Positions 9,131-17,696 of a DNA stretch of 64,000 nt are shown here, piece by piece (positions within the stretch are counted from its first letter, which is position 1; each line of letters starts with the position of its first letter). The stretch lies in contig CAZSWO010000001.1 in assembly GCA_964611115.1 (NCBI GenBank), positions 20,309 to 84,308 of the forward strand, written 5' to 3'. The notes under the pieces were generated by a model. That model saw only the letters and a program-made list of their open reading frames with translations, was not told the origin of the DNA and did no database searches. Both the position numbers and the translations under genes were made by a program. Source of the stretch: an uncultured Gammaproteobacteria bacterium. Lineage in GTDB: Bacteria > Patescibacteriota > Patescibacteriia > Patescibacteriales > Patescibacteriaceae.

Positions 9131-10861
9131 TCATTTTCGAGCCCTTTCCGCAGGTTTAAGAGAATAGAGATTAAAACGGTCGGTAATTTCTTTAATCAGC
9201 TTAAGTTCGATTCCGGCTTCTTTAAGCGGACCATTGTTAAGATATTCTAAATCTTTTTCTTGGTAGGAAAAATTATAATAGTAGGTCGGCACTCGCGCGG
9301 CGATGTTCGCGTATTCAGCAATCATATTCTTATCATCGAACAAACCAATAACGACGTCGCGTTCGGGAAAGAATAATTTATCATGATAGCGCGTAATAAT
9401 AACCGCATCAGCTTCCGTCAATTCTAAAATTTGCTCCCATTCATATCGTGAAGCTGCTTGTTTCTCAATGGAAACTTTAATACCTTCTGCCGGATCAAGC
9501 CAAACGAATTGAACCGACAGGGTTGCTACAACCGCAATAGCCGCCAAACGGATACCCCAGACAGCAGATTTAAACTTAATCCAACAAGTCAGCTTGATTA
9601 AAGCTAAGCTCGCAAAGGGCAAAGCTCCAAAATAGACGGGTAACCAATATCGGGTGTAGGAATTGCCGATTGTTGTTGTACGATCCGGATTATCAAAAAA
9701 GGTCCAACTGCCATAATAAATGACAAGCACAACCGAAACAAAAACCCAGGCAAAGAAGAATAGCCAGCGACGCTTTGCGTATTCCTTAAAGAATAGAAGG
9801 AAAACGGCGACGCCCGCCGCAGTCGCGTAATACAACCACGGGAACATATCGCGCACATAGGCATTGAATAAACGATAACTTTGCTCAAGATTAAAACCGA
9901 AATGAAAGATTGTATCTTTAATGCTCAATACGATAGTTTTTAATTCGGCCAACTTCCCCGCTCCCGCCGTTGCAACCAAGCTAGAGCCATCTTGAGACAA
10001 GGAGAACAAAGAATCATTCAGCTCCGGATAGCCGCTTGAAAAAAATGAACCGTACAAAACACTGTTCCAATACAATATCGGCAAGAATGAAATAAAAACT
10101 CCATACAAAAAGAAAAATGGACGAACGATACCTATACGTTTACTATTAAAAATCCATAAGGCACAAACGAGGGGTCCGACCCAGATTAATTCCGAGGTAC
10201 GCGCCGTTAAAGCTGCTCCGATAAATAAACCGGAAAGCAAAGCATACAAGAATCCGAAACGATTACGGCGAAGGTAACTTTCTGACTCTTCTTTTTCGCT
10301 AATTCGGGTTGCAAAATACAAACCGCCTAATAGCATTGCTATAAAAATAACGTTATGAAACATGCTTCGCGCCGAGAAATATGTGTAAATCGGAAAAACT
10401 GACGCAAGCAGAGTCGAAATAATCGCATTAGCAGGGCTAAAGATTTTTTTTATCAAAAGAAAAAAGAAGACTAATCCGATAGCGCCAAAGAGAGGCGTGA
10501 GATAAGGCAATATTCCAATCCCGAAAACAGCAGCAATCTTACCGTAGAGAATCGGCATCCCTAAAAAACTGACAGGTTTAACGAGTCCCCAATCCGAACG
10601 GTAACTGCGCGGATGAATAATATCTTTTGCGAGCAAGTTATATTTTTCAAAATATGCTAGTTCACCGCTTTGAGCATACAGTTTCGCGGTCGCATAGTTG
10701 GCGGTTTCATCAGGCGACAGCCATTTAACAAAATCCTTGTCCTGACTTATATAATTAAAACTTGAGGCAAATAGAAAAAACCCGATTGATAACGGGATGA
10801 TAATGAGCCATTGCCAATGAACTCCGAGCCACGTTTTAAAGCTATTCTTAACTTCTTCCAT
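9131..10861 (-). CDS. GT-C-fold polytopic glycosyltransferase (GT39/PMT/ArnT-like)
   Basis: About 12 hydrophobic segments, SPDE motif in the first loop, RY(W)LP motif, soluble C-terminal domain. Confidence 0.65.
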   Translation of the reverse strand: MEEVKNSFKTWLGVHWQWLIIIPLSIGFFLFASSFNYISQDKDFVKWLSPDETANYATAKLYAQSGELAYFEKYNLLAKDIIHPRSYRSDWGLVKPVSFLGMPILYGKIAAVFGIGILPYLTPLFGAIGLVFFFLLIKKIFSPANAIISTLLASVFPIYTYFSARSMFHNVIFIAMLLGGLYFATRISEKEESESYLRRNRFGFLYALLSGLFIGAALTARTSELIWVGPLVCALWIFNSKRIGIVRPFFFLYGVFISFLPILYWNSVLYGSFFSSGYPELNDSLFSLSQDGSSLVATAGAGKLAELKTIVLSIKDTIFHFGFNLEQSYRLFNAYVRDMFPWLYYATAAGVAVFLLFFKEYAKRRWLFFFAWVFVSVVLVIYYGSWTFFDNPDRTTTIGNSYTRYWLPVYFGALPFASLALIKLTCWIKFKSAVWGIRLAAIAVVATLSVQFVWLDPAEGIKVSIEKQAASRYEWEQILELTEADAVIITRYHDKLFFPERDVVIGLFDDKNMIAEYANIAARVPTYYYNFSYQEKDLEYLNNGPLKEAGIELKLIKEITDRFNLYSLKPAERARK

Positions 10862-10869
10862 ATGGCTTA

Positions 10870-10898
10870 ATACTAACAGTCATAGTATTAATTTTCAA
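10870..10898 (-). promoter_or_regulatory. Sigma70-type promoter for the GT-C/GT4/DUF4012 operon
   Basis: TTGAAA-17-TAGTAT with a TG extension. Confidence 0.6.
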
Positions 10899-10929
10899 AT
10901 AAAAAAAGGACTGTGATTTACAGTCCTTT
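10898..10929 (-). terminator. Rho-independent terminator of the ORFan cassette
   Basis: AAAGGACTGT-aaatc-ACAGTCCTTT followed by a T run on the - strand. Confidence 0.8.
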
Positions 10930-10943
10930 AAACTTCTCACTTT

Positions 10944-11444
10944 TTAATACTTTTTGGTATATGGCCAAAAGTCGGTCATATTTTCACGCCTCCAATCGAT
11001 CGCCGCGACAACCTCCTTAAGATCTTCATAAATTTCAGGATATTTATTTATAACTTTTTCTTCTTTGAAGTCCAGATTGGCTGCTGTTCCATCATTGTTA
11101 TATACATACACTCTCATATAAATCTCCGGTTCGCCGTCTTTCCATTCCTCCGGTGGTGCTGGTCGAAGGAAATGAAAAGCACAACTACGAATTTTTGATT
11201 CAATCTCCCGCCACGCATCAGACTCATCGCGAGAATTGATAAATTCAGGGTCGTAAATTATTAGATAGGTCCCCAATTTATCAATATCAAGAATGCACTT
11301 TGAATTTTTATAAATATCTTCAAAAGTAAAAATTTGGGAGGAATCAATCCCCAGCTTCATATTTAAAGCTTGTTCGACTTTCCCGCAAAAATATTCAGAG
11401 TTTACTGATATAATAAAAACCTTGTTGAAATCTATTCTATTCAC
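10944..11444 (-). CDS. Hypothetical protein (ORFan, possibly receiver-like alpha/beta fold)
   Basis: GTG start with AAGGAG SD, own promoter and terminator; AT-rich. Confidence 0.75.
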   Translation of the reverse strand: MNRIDFNKVFIISVNSEYFCGKVEQALNMKLGIDSSQIFTFEDIYKNSKCILDIDKLGTYLIIYDPEFINSRDESDAWREIESKIRSCAFHFLRPAPPEEWKDGEPEIYMRVYVYNNDGTAANLDFKEEKVINKYPEIYEDLKEVVAAIDWRRENMTDFWPYTKKY

Positions 11445-11488
11445 GTTATGCTCCTTTTTTAAGAACTGCGTTATTATCTGTTTCCTGC

Positions 11489-11517
11489 TTTATACAATAT
11501 TATTTTGAAAAAGTCAA
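11489..11517 (-). promoter_or_regulatory. Sigma70-type promoter
   Basis: TTGACT-17-TATAAA. Confidence 0.7.
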
Positions 11518-11537
11518 TAATCTGCTATTATGAACCT

Positions 11538-13445
11538 ATGTCTCTTACTATACATACGCTCCGCCATTCATTTTTCGTCTTACTAAGCACTGTTCCGGCC
11601 GCCTTGGCCCTTTGCGGCAGTTTAGTATATTTCAGCTATGGTTTAAATAAAAGCGGCGCTTTTAGCGCCCTGCTTTTAAGCGTGCTTGTAGTTTGCTTTA
11701 TTTTTAAAAATAATCAGGCCTCAACCGACAATGAAGTTCGCTCAATTAAAGATATCGACAAGAAAGAATGGCTTCTTTTTGCTTTGTATCTTGCGGCCTG
11801 GCTGCTTGCCTTCTATTTTCTATACAGCGGACGTTCATATCGTTCGATCGTCAGTCCTTGGCAAGTCGTCTCATCATTCTATTTCGCCGCTTACGCTTTC
11901 GGTACTGCCTGCATATTTTTACTCGGGCGTCGCTCATCGCGCTTAATTGCACCGGCACTTATATTACATTGCTTCTTACTCTTTGGAACCGCGCTGATCG
12001 TTTACGTAATTGGCTACGGCTTTGATCCCTTCATTCACGAAGCTGCCGTTCAAGCAATCCAAAAGCTAGGTCAAATTATACCATTAACACCTTACTATCT
12101 CGGACAGTATAGCATTGTAATTATCACTAACGCCGTAAGCGGAATTGACACCGCCCTTATCGCCAAAGCGCTGGTTCCTATCTACGCCGCTATTCTTCTG
12201 CCACTCTTACTTTTCCGCTGGCTCAAATCTCATCACGCCAAGGAAAAAAATTGGGCGCTCGCCGCTGTCGCACTTTTGATTTTACCGGCTATGATATTCA
12301 TCGTAACTACTCCGCAAAATCTAGCCTATCTGTTTTTATTAATTGTTCTCTTCCTTCCTTCAGCAATTCCAACGGCTCAAGAAAAACGAATTACACTACT
12401 GGCGGCTTTGGCGGCGCTCGTTACCCAACCGATTGCCGGCATTCCGGCCTTGGCAATTGTCGCGGGCGATTATATCAATGCAACAAAGTTCAAACAAAAA
12501 CTGTATCCGATTCTAATCGCCTTGCTCGCTATCGCCTTACCGCTCGCCTTATTTGTCTTTAATGTATTAGGCAAGGGCGATATAACATTAGACTGGCCGA
12601 ATTTTAATTTTTTGCTGAATTATCTGCCTACTAATCCTAACCAATCAAGTTGGTGGCTTAACTTTATCTATTTGTTCCATGGTCTTTGGGGTTTTATATT
12701 AGTGGCCCTAAGCATCATCGGCGGATTTATTGCTTTTAAAAAGCATAATTCTGAATTAGTCGGTCGCTTTGCCTGGCCGGCGCTCGCCTTATTTGTTTCA
12801 GCCCTGATCGCAACAACCGTAAACTTTCATTATTTAATCGAATACGAGCGTTCGGATTATCCGGAACGTATAATGATTACCGCTTTGATTGTCGCTCTGC
12901 CGTTGATGGTTGTCGCCCTGCGATCATTGGCGGCTCGCCTTGAGTCAGTTTCAAAAACAACTTTTGCACTATGGCTCTCGCTCATCGTCGCCGCTTCAAC
13001 CGCAACTCTCTATCTTTCCTACCCGCGCTATGACGCTTATTATAATAGCCACAGTTACGCAACTTCGAAGGCCGATATCTTAGCTGTACGCTGGATTGAA
13101 GCGGACGCGAACAACAAACCTTACATCGTCTTAGCAAATCAGCAGGTCAGCGCCGCGGCCTTACGCGAGCATGGCTTTAAAACCTATTATAAGAATTCAA
13201 TTTTCTATTACCCGATTCCAACCGGATCGCCGATGTATCAACACTATTTAGCGATGGTTGAAAAACCCGATTTACAACAAATCAACGCCGCAATGGATTT
13301 AGCCGGCGTTGATAGAGCGTATCTAGTTCTAAACTCTTATTGGTGGCAATATAACAAACTCGTCGCTCAAATAGCGACGATAGCGGACTCATCCGAAAAC
13401 ATTGGCGATGGCCAACTAATGGTTTTCACATTCTCTAAAAAGTAA
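11538..13445 (+). CDS. Polytopic membrane protein, GT-C/STT3-like architecture
   Basis: About 13-15 TM segments; GFDPFIH in an early loop; C-terminal soluble domain starting AVRWIE; start likely MSLTIH (11538). Confidence 0.55.
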   Translation: MSLTIHTLRHSFFVLLSTVPAALALCGSLVYFSYGLNKSGAFSALLLSVLVVCFIFKNNQASTDNEVRSIKDIDKKEWLLFALYLAAWLLAFYFLYSGRSYRSIVSPWQVVSSFYFAAYAFGTACIFLLGRRSSRLIAPALILHCFLLFGTALIVYVIGYGFDPFIHEAAVQAIQKLGQIIPLTPYYLGQYSIVIITNAVSGIDTALIAKALVPIYAAILLPLLLFRWLKSHHAKEKNWALAAVALLILPAMIFIVTTPQNLAYLFLLIVLFLPSAIPTAQEKRITLLAALAALVTQPIAGIPALAIVAGDYINATKFKQKLYPILIALLAIALPLALFVFNVLGKGDITLDWPNFNFLLNYLPTNPNQSSWWLNFIYLFHGLWGFILVALSIIGGFIAFKKHNSELVGRFAWPALALFVSALIATTVNFHYLIEYERSDYPERIMITALIVALPLMVVALRSLAARLESVSKTTFALWLSLIVAASTATLYLSYPRYDAYYNSHSYATSKADILAVRWIEADANNKPYIVLANQQVSAAALREHGFKTYYKNSIFYYPIPTGSPMYQHYLAMVEKPDLQQINAAMDLAGVDRAYLVLNSYWWQYNKLVAQIATIADSSENIGDGQLMVFTFSKK

Positions 13446-14523
13446 CTCCCAGCGCCGTTCCAATTTTTGTCAGATATTCTTCGTTACCTAATACGCGCAA
13501 ACGAGCTCTTCCTTCTTCTGATATTTGTATCAATTCTGACTGATGCAAACAGGCCCATTTCAGTTTTTCTCCGAGCTGTTCGGAATTTGGTTCAAATAAA
13601 AGCGACTCTTCGTTAATCAACTCTCTAGTGCCGCCTGTATTACTGCCGATCACCGGTACCTTCGCTAAGGCAGCTTCGATCCCAACCGTCGGAAGATTTT
13701 CATAACAGGTAGAAGGAATAACAAGGCAATCAGCCTGAGCTAGTTGTTGATAAGGATTCTCGTAGGACCCGGTAAAGAAAATACGCTTATCGCTATTCTT
13801 ACGCGCTAATTTTTCCGCAATAGTTCCCGAACCTGCAATAATAAGTCGGGCTGGCAGATCCTGAAACTGAGAAAATGTACGCACTAACAGCGGCACGCCC
13901 TTATGCTCTTCAATCTGACCCAGATACAAAAAGGTGAATATTTCATTTAACTTTTTTTCTAAGGGCTCAGTCGCTTCGACCGGATTATGTACAACTAGAT
14001 AGTTATTGCCTTCGGCAAAACCAAAACTTATATAGAGCGAAGCCAGCCACTGCGATGGGAAAATGATCAAAGCCTGCGGTGAAAATAATTGTCGAACTAT
14101 CATTCGATACACTTGAGCGGTAAAAGACTCAAGTTTTTTTTCTTGTCCGTACATTAACAATCCCGAAGGGTGCAAGTATTGAATGTCATGGAAGGTATGA
14201 ACAACGCCTTTAGTACCAAGAGCACGCAGCGCTAATAATCCAAAACCGGTTAAATTATGCGCCCAGACAAGATCAAAATTTCCAGCCTTAATCTCCTCCT
14301 TCAATCGTATATAACTACTGATATTAACAATACTAAAGACATGATGCAGAAGACGTCGCCACTTCGGCAAGGCCGCCAAGCGCTTATAGGCAAGTGTTCG
14401 TTCAATAATTGTTATTGAGTGCCCGCGTTTTGTAAGATAATCCGTCAGATCCCTAATACTGCGTTCGGCGCCGCCGCGAACTTCATCGGGGTTATAGACA
14501 TTATTTATAAAACAAATCTTCAT
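13435..14523 (-). CDS. Glycosyltransferase family 4
   Basis: GGAERS, YLGQIEEHKGV, PSTCYENLPTVGIEA. Confidence 0.93.
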   Translation of the reverse strand: MKICFINNVYNPDEVRGGAERSIRDLTDYLTKRGHSITIIERTLAYKRLAALPKWRRLLHHVFSIVNISSYIRLKEEIKAGNFDLVWAHNLTGFGLLALRALGTKGVVHTFHDIQYLHPSGLLMYGQEKKLESFTAQVYRMIVRQLFSPQALIIFPSQWLASLYISFGFAEGNNYLVVHNPVEATEPLEKKLNEIFTFLYLGQIEEHKGVPLLVRTFSQFQDLPARLIIAGSGTIAEKLARKNSDKRIFFTGSYENPYQQLAQADCLVIPSTCYENLPTVGIEAALAKVPVIGSNTGGTRELINEESLLFEPNSEQLGEKLKWACLHQSELIQISEEGRARLRVLGNEEYLTKIGTALGVTF

Positions 14524-15662
14524 TATTGTTTCTTAGGCGTATATAAAATTCTCAAATAAGCAGCCTCAAGTCGCTCACCGACCTTATCCCAACTATAGCG
14601 TTCATCGATCCAGCGTCGCCCCGCCTCCCCCATTTTTTGTGCTTCCTCGGGATTGTCAATCATGAAAGCTATCTTTTCGGCCAACTGTTCAACATCATCG
14701 GCTTTAATTAAAAAGCCATGTTCCTTATTGTGAAAAACGTTGCGGACGCCGGGCAAATTTGAAGCGATTACCGGCGTCGCCGATGCGAGCGCTTCAAGCA
14801 AGACTAATCCGAATGCTTCGCTCTTATCGGTTGAAGCTAAGACTGAAACGCGAGCTTTTTGATACCAGGCCGCCAAATCATCATCCGACGCATTAGAATC
14901 AATTATAAAATTTTCACTTAAATTATTTTTAGAGGCCAGTTCTTTGTATTCAGTCTCGAGATCGCCTCGACCTATCAATACGAGTTTTGCCTGCGGACGA
15001 TCAACGGCAACACGAGCGAAGGCTTCAATTAATTGCTTTACACCTTTAAAATAATGCTGACGGTCGAGCGCTCCAACAAATAAGACAATCGGATCGCGTT
15101 GGGTCGCGCCGGGATGAAAACGTTCGGCATCAACGCCGAAGGGAACTTCGATAAACTTATCTTTATGATTAATATAGTAATCGCATAACTGAGAATGCGC
15201 GACATAATCAAGCGAGGCGCAGGTAATCTGCGAAGCAAGACGGACAATGACGGGCAAAAAGAAAAAACTATAAAACCAAAAAATGAAACCCTTAATTCCT
15301 TGGCTGACGGTATCCATATGATAATGAATAACTAACTTACCTTGGAAAATTATTTTTGCCAAAGCAACGACGTCGGCCGTTCCGTAAAAAGGATAATGAA
15401 GATGTACAATATCAAAATTGCGAAGTTTAAAAAAAAGCTGGGGTAATACCGCCGCGTTACCAATAGAGAATAAGGGCTTCAAACGGACAACGGTGGCATT
15501 TTCACCGATTGTTTCGCTGCTCGTATCAGTATCGCGATATGCCGGAGTGAATACAACGCTCGTATGGCCGCAGGCACCAATTTGGCGAGCCATATGATAC
15601 ACACTGTTACCCATGCCGTTTTTATACGGCGGAAATGTACAGATGACGTGAGCAACTTTCAT
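14523..15662 (-). CDS. Glycosyltransferase family 4
   Basis: FVGALDRQHYFKGV, SEAFGLVLLEALAS, YSWDKV. Confidence 0.95.
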   Translation of the reverse strand: MKVAHVICTFPPYKNGMGNSVYHMARQIGACGHTSVVFTPAYRDTDTSSETIGENATVVRLKPLFSIGNAAVLPQLFFKLRNFDIVHLHYPFYGTADVVALAKIIFQGKLVIHYHMDTVSQGIKGFIFWFYSFFFLPVIVRLASQITCASLDYVAHSQLCDYYINHKDKFIEVPFGVDAERFHPGATQRDPIVLFVGALDRQHYFKGVKQLIEAFARVAVDRPQAKLVLIGRGDLETEYKELASKNNLSENFIIDSNASDDDLAAWYQKARVSVLASTDKSEAFGLVLLEALASATPVIASNLPGVRNVFHNKEHGFLIKADDVEQLAEKIAFMIDNPEEAQKMGEAGRRWIDERYSWDKVGERLEAAYLRILYTPKKQ

Positions 15663-15664
15663 AT

Positions 15665-16003
15665 CTAATCTTTTTTCTCTCGAGCCGACGATAAAGCGGC
15701 GATACGGGTCAATTCCGTAATTTCTTTTTCCATAGTCGCAATCTTTAGTCGCAAGCGGAATATCACATAAAAAATCACAGCCACAGCAACATAGAGCAGT
15801 AATTGGATACCTGTGCTTGAGAATCCGAGCCGAGCGGCTAATTCATCGATTGAACGAATATACAGCAAAAGTAATCCGGCGACGCCCCAGAACGCCAACC
15901 AAAAAATAAATTGGCTTTTCGGAATCTGATCCTTATAAAATTGCCAACCCAAGCGTAGTAGGAATATAAGTATAACGGCCAAACCGATTAATTCTTGTAG
16001 CAT
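15665..16003 (-). CDS. DUF2304 family small membrane protein
   Basis: Three TM helices then KIATMEKEITELTRIAAL; lies next to a GT2, as is usual for this family. Confidence 0.8.
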   Translation of the reverse strand: MLQELIGLAVILIFLLRLGWQFYKDQIPKSQFIFWLAFWGVAGLLLLYIRSIDELAARLGFSSTGIQLLLYVAVAVIFYVIFRLRLKIATMEKEITELTRIAALSSAREKKD

Positions 16004-16007
16004 ATGG

Positions 16008-16670
16008 TTAGTTGTTCATTTTAGCGATAAACATATCGCGCAGTATTTTAAATCCGCCGCTTAGGCGCTGGCCGAACTCGGGGTACAATACCGTAATCGG
16101 AACTTCAACAATAGTTCGTCCGCTTCGATGTGCCGCTACTAAAATTTCTGAGCAGTGCGCCATTCTATCCTGCTCCCAATTTAAATCATACGCCGCTGCT
16201 CTGGTGAATGCCCGAAAGCCACTTTGCGGATCACTCATCTCTATCTTAAAAAAGACACGATTTATAAAATGAGCTAAAGGCATTATAAAATTCTTCTTGA
16301 ACGTTGGCATTTTAGTCGTATCATCTAGAAAGCGAGAGCCAAAAACTATTTCGGCTTGGCCGGAAATAATAGGCTCAATAACCTTTGTAATATCTTCGGA
16401 TCTAAATTGTCCGTCAGCGTCAAAGTGAATAATAATATCGGCTCCCCTTTCCAGGGCGTACTGCGTTCCGGTTTTTAAGGCCGCACCCTGACCGCGATTA
16501 ATCGGGTGACGCAAAAAATCTACGTTTAGACCCCTGAGAGCTTCTTCAGTATTATCAGTCGATCCATCGTCAACCACAACAACCCAGTCAACTTTAGTTA
16601 GAACCTGTTTAATAACGTCAACCAAGGTATGGACGCTATTGAGAGTTGGAATGACGCATGCAACTTTCAT
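16008..16670 (-). CDS. GT2 glycosyltransferase, DPM1/polyprenol-phosphate-sugar synthase-like
   Basis: VVVDDGSTD, NRGQGAALKTG, FDADGQ, DPQSGFRAF; start MKVACVIP (16670). Confidence 0.92.
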   Translation of the reverse strand: MKVACVIPTLNSVHTLVDVIKQVLTKVDWVVVVDDGSTDNTEEALRGLNVDFLRHPINRGQGAALKTGTQYALERGADIIIHFDADGQFRSEDITKVIEPIISGQAEIVFGSRFLDDTTKMPTFKKNFIMPLAHFINRVFFKIEMSDPQSGFRAFTRAAAYDLNWEQDRMAHCSEILVAAHRSGRTIVEVPITVLYPEFGQRLSGGFKILRDMFIAKMNN

Positions 16671-16671
16671 G

Positions 16672-17691
16672 TTATGCGCCGTAACCGATTCCTTTAATGC
16701 CTTTGTTGGCTCGCAAATCTGCAATCGTTTTTTCAAGTCCCGCTTCAAGACTGACGAGCGGCATCCAACCGAGTAAGTCGCGCGCCTTAGTCGTATCCGG
16801 AAGTTTCAATGGCGTCATGAACAATATCGGTTCTGCGTAAACGACTTTTGATTTAGAGCCGAGCATTTTAATTATCGTATTCGCCAATTCGGTAACATTA
16901 ACATCTTGATCGGAGCCAATATTAATCGGTCCGGACAAATCCGATTGCATGAATTTAATAATTGCATCGAGACAGTCAGAAATATAACAAAAGGAGGAAG
17001 AGAAACCGGCATCTCCGTAAATTTCTAAATCCTTATTATCAAGTGCGTTGCTGATAAAGTCAGGTAACATATGTCCCTGATCAAGGGGCATGCGCGGTCC
17101 GTAGGCTCTGAATAAACGAATTATTTTTGCGTCAATATTATGAACGTCTTTGTATGTCTTAACCATACTCTCGGCAAAACGCTTGCCTTCATCGTATGAA
17201 CAACGATCGGAAAGCATATCAACCGTACCGACGTTTTCTTCGCTCACTAACCTATTCTGTGAATCGCGTGAGCCGTAGACAACCGATGATGAAAACTGCA
17301 TAAACTTCGATTGGTACTTAACGGCAATATCAAGAGCGTTCTTCACTGCGTAGGAGTTAGCGAGCAAGTTAGCGATGCGATTTTTTTCAAAGTGAATCGG
17401 CGCAGTCGGACAAGCCATGTTATATATTTCCTGAATGCCCTGAAACTCGATTCTAAAGCTGAGAAGTTCGGGAAAACTCTCAAGATCAATCGCCTCACTC
17501 ATGTCATGTTTAATAAAGTGGAAATCGGGATGCTGCAACAAATGATCAATATTTTTTTCCTCACCCGAAGAAAAATTATCGATACAGATAACTTTGGCGG
17601 ATTTTATCAGCTCATCACACAAGTGCGAACCGAGGAAACCGGCACCGCCGATTACCAGAACGTTTTTCTTATCAAAAATTGCTCGTTTCAT
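16672..17691 (-). CDS. NAD-dependent epimerase/dehydratase, UDP-glucuronate decarboxylase (UXS)-like
   Basis: GGAGFLGSHL, NMACPTAP, SSSVVYG, YDEGKR, YGPRM. Confidence 0.88.
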   Translation of the reverse strand: MKRAIFDKKNVLVIGGAGFLGSHLCDELIKSAKVICIDNFSSGEEKNIDHLLQHPDFHFIKHDMSEAIDLESFPELLSFRIEFQGIQEIYNMACPTAPIHFEKNRIANLLANSYAVKNALDIAVKYQSKFMQFSSSVVYGSRDSQNRLVSEENVGTVDMLSDRCSYDEGKRFAESMVKTYKDVHNIDAKIIRLFRAYGPRMPLDQGHMLPDFISNALDNKDLEIYGDAGFSSSFCYISDCLDAIIKFMQSDLSGPINIGSDQDVNVTELANTIIKMLGSKSKVVYAEPILFMTPLKLPDTTKARDLLGWMPLVSLEAGLEKTIADLRANKGIKGIGYGA

Positions 17692-17696
17692 AGCTT

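Noticed and set aside
12900-13445. WWQY in the 11538 protein as an STT3 WWDYG motif
   Set aside because: It lies near the C-terminus, not at the start of the soluble domain where ANQQVS occupies the equivalent position
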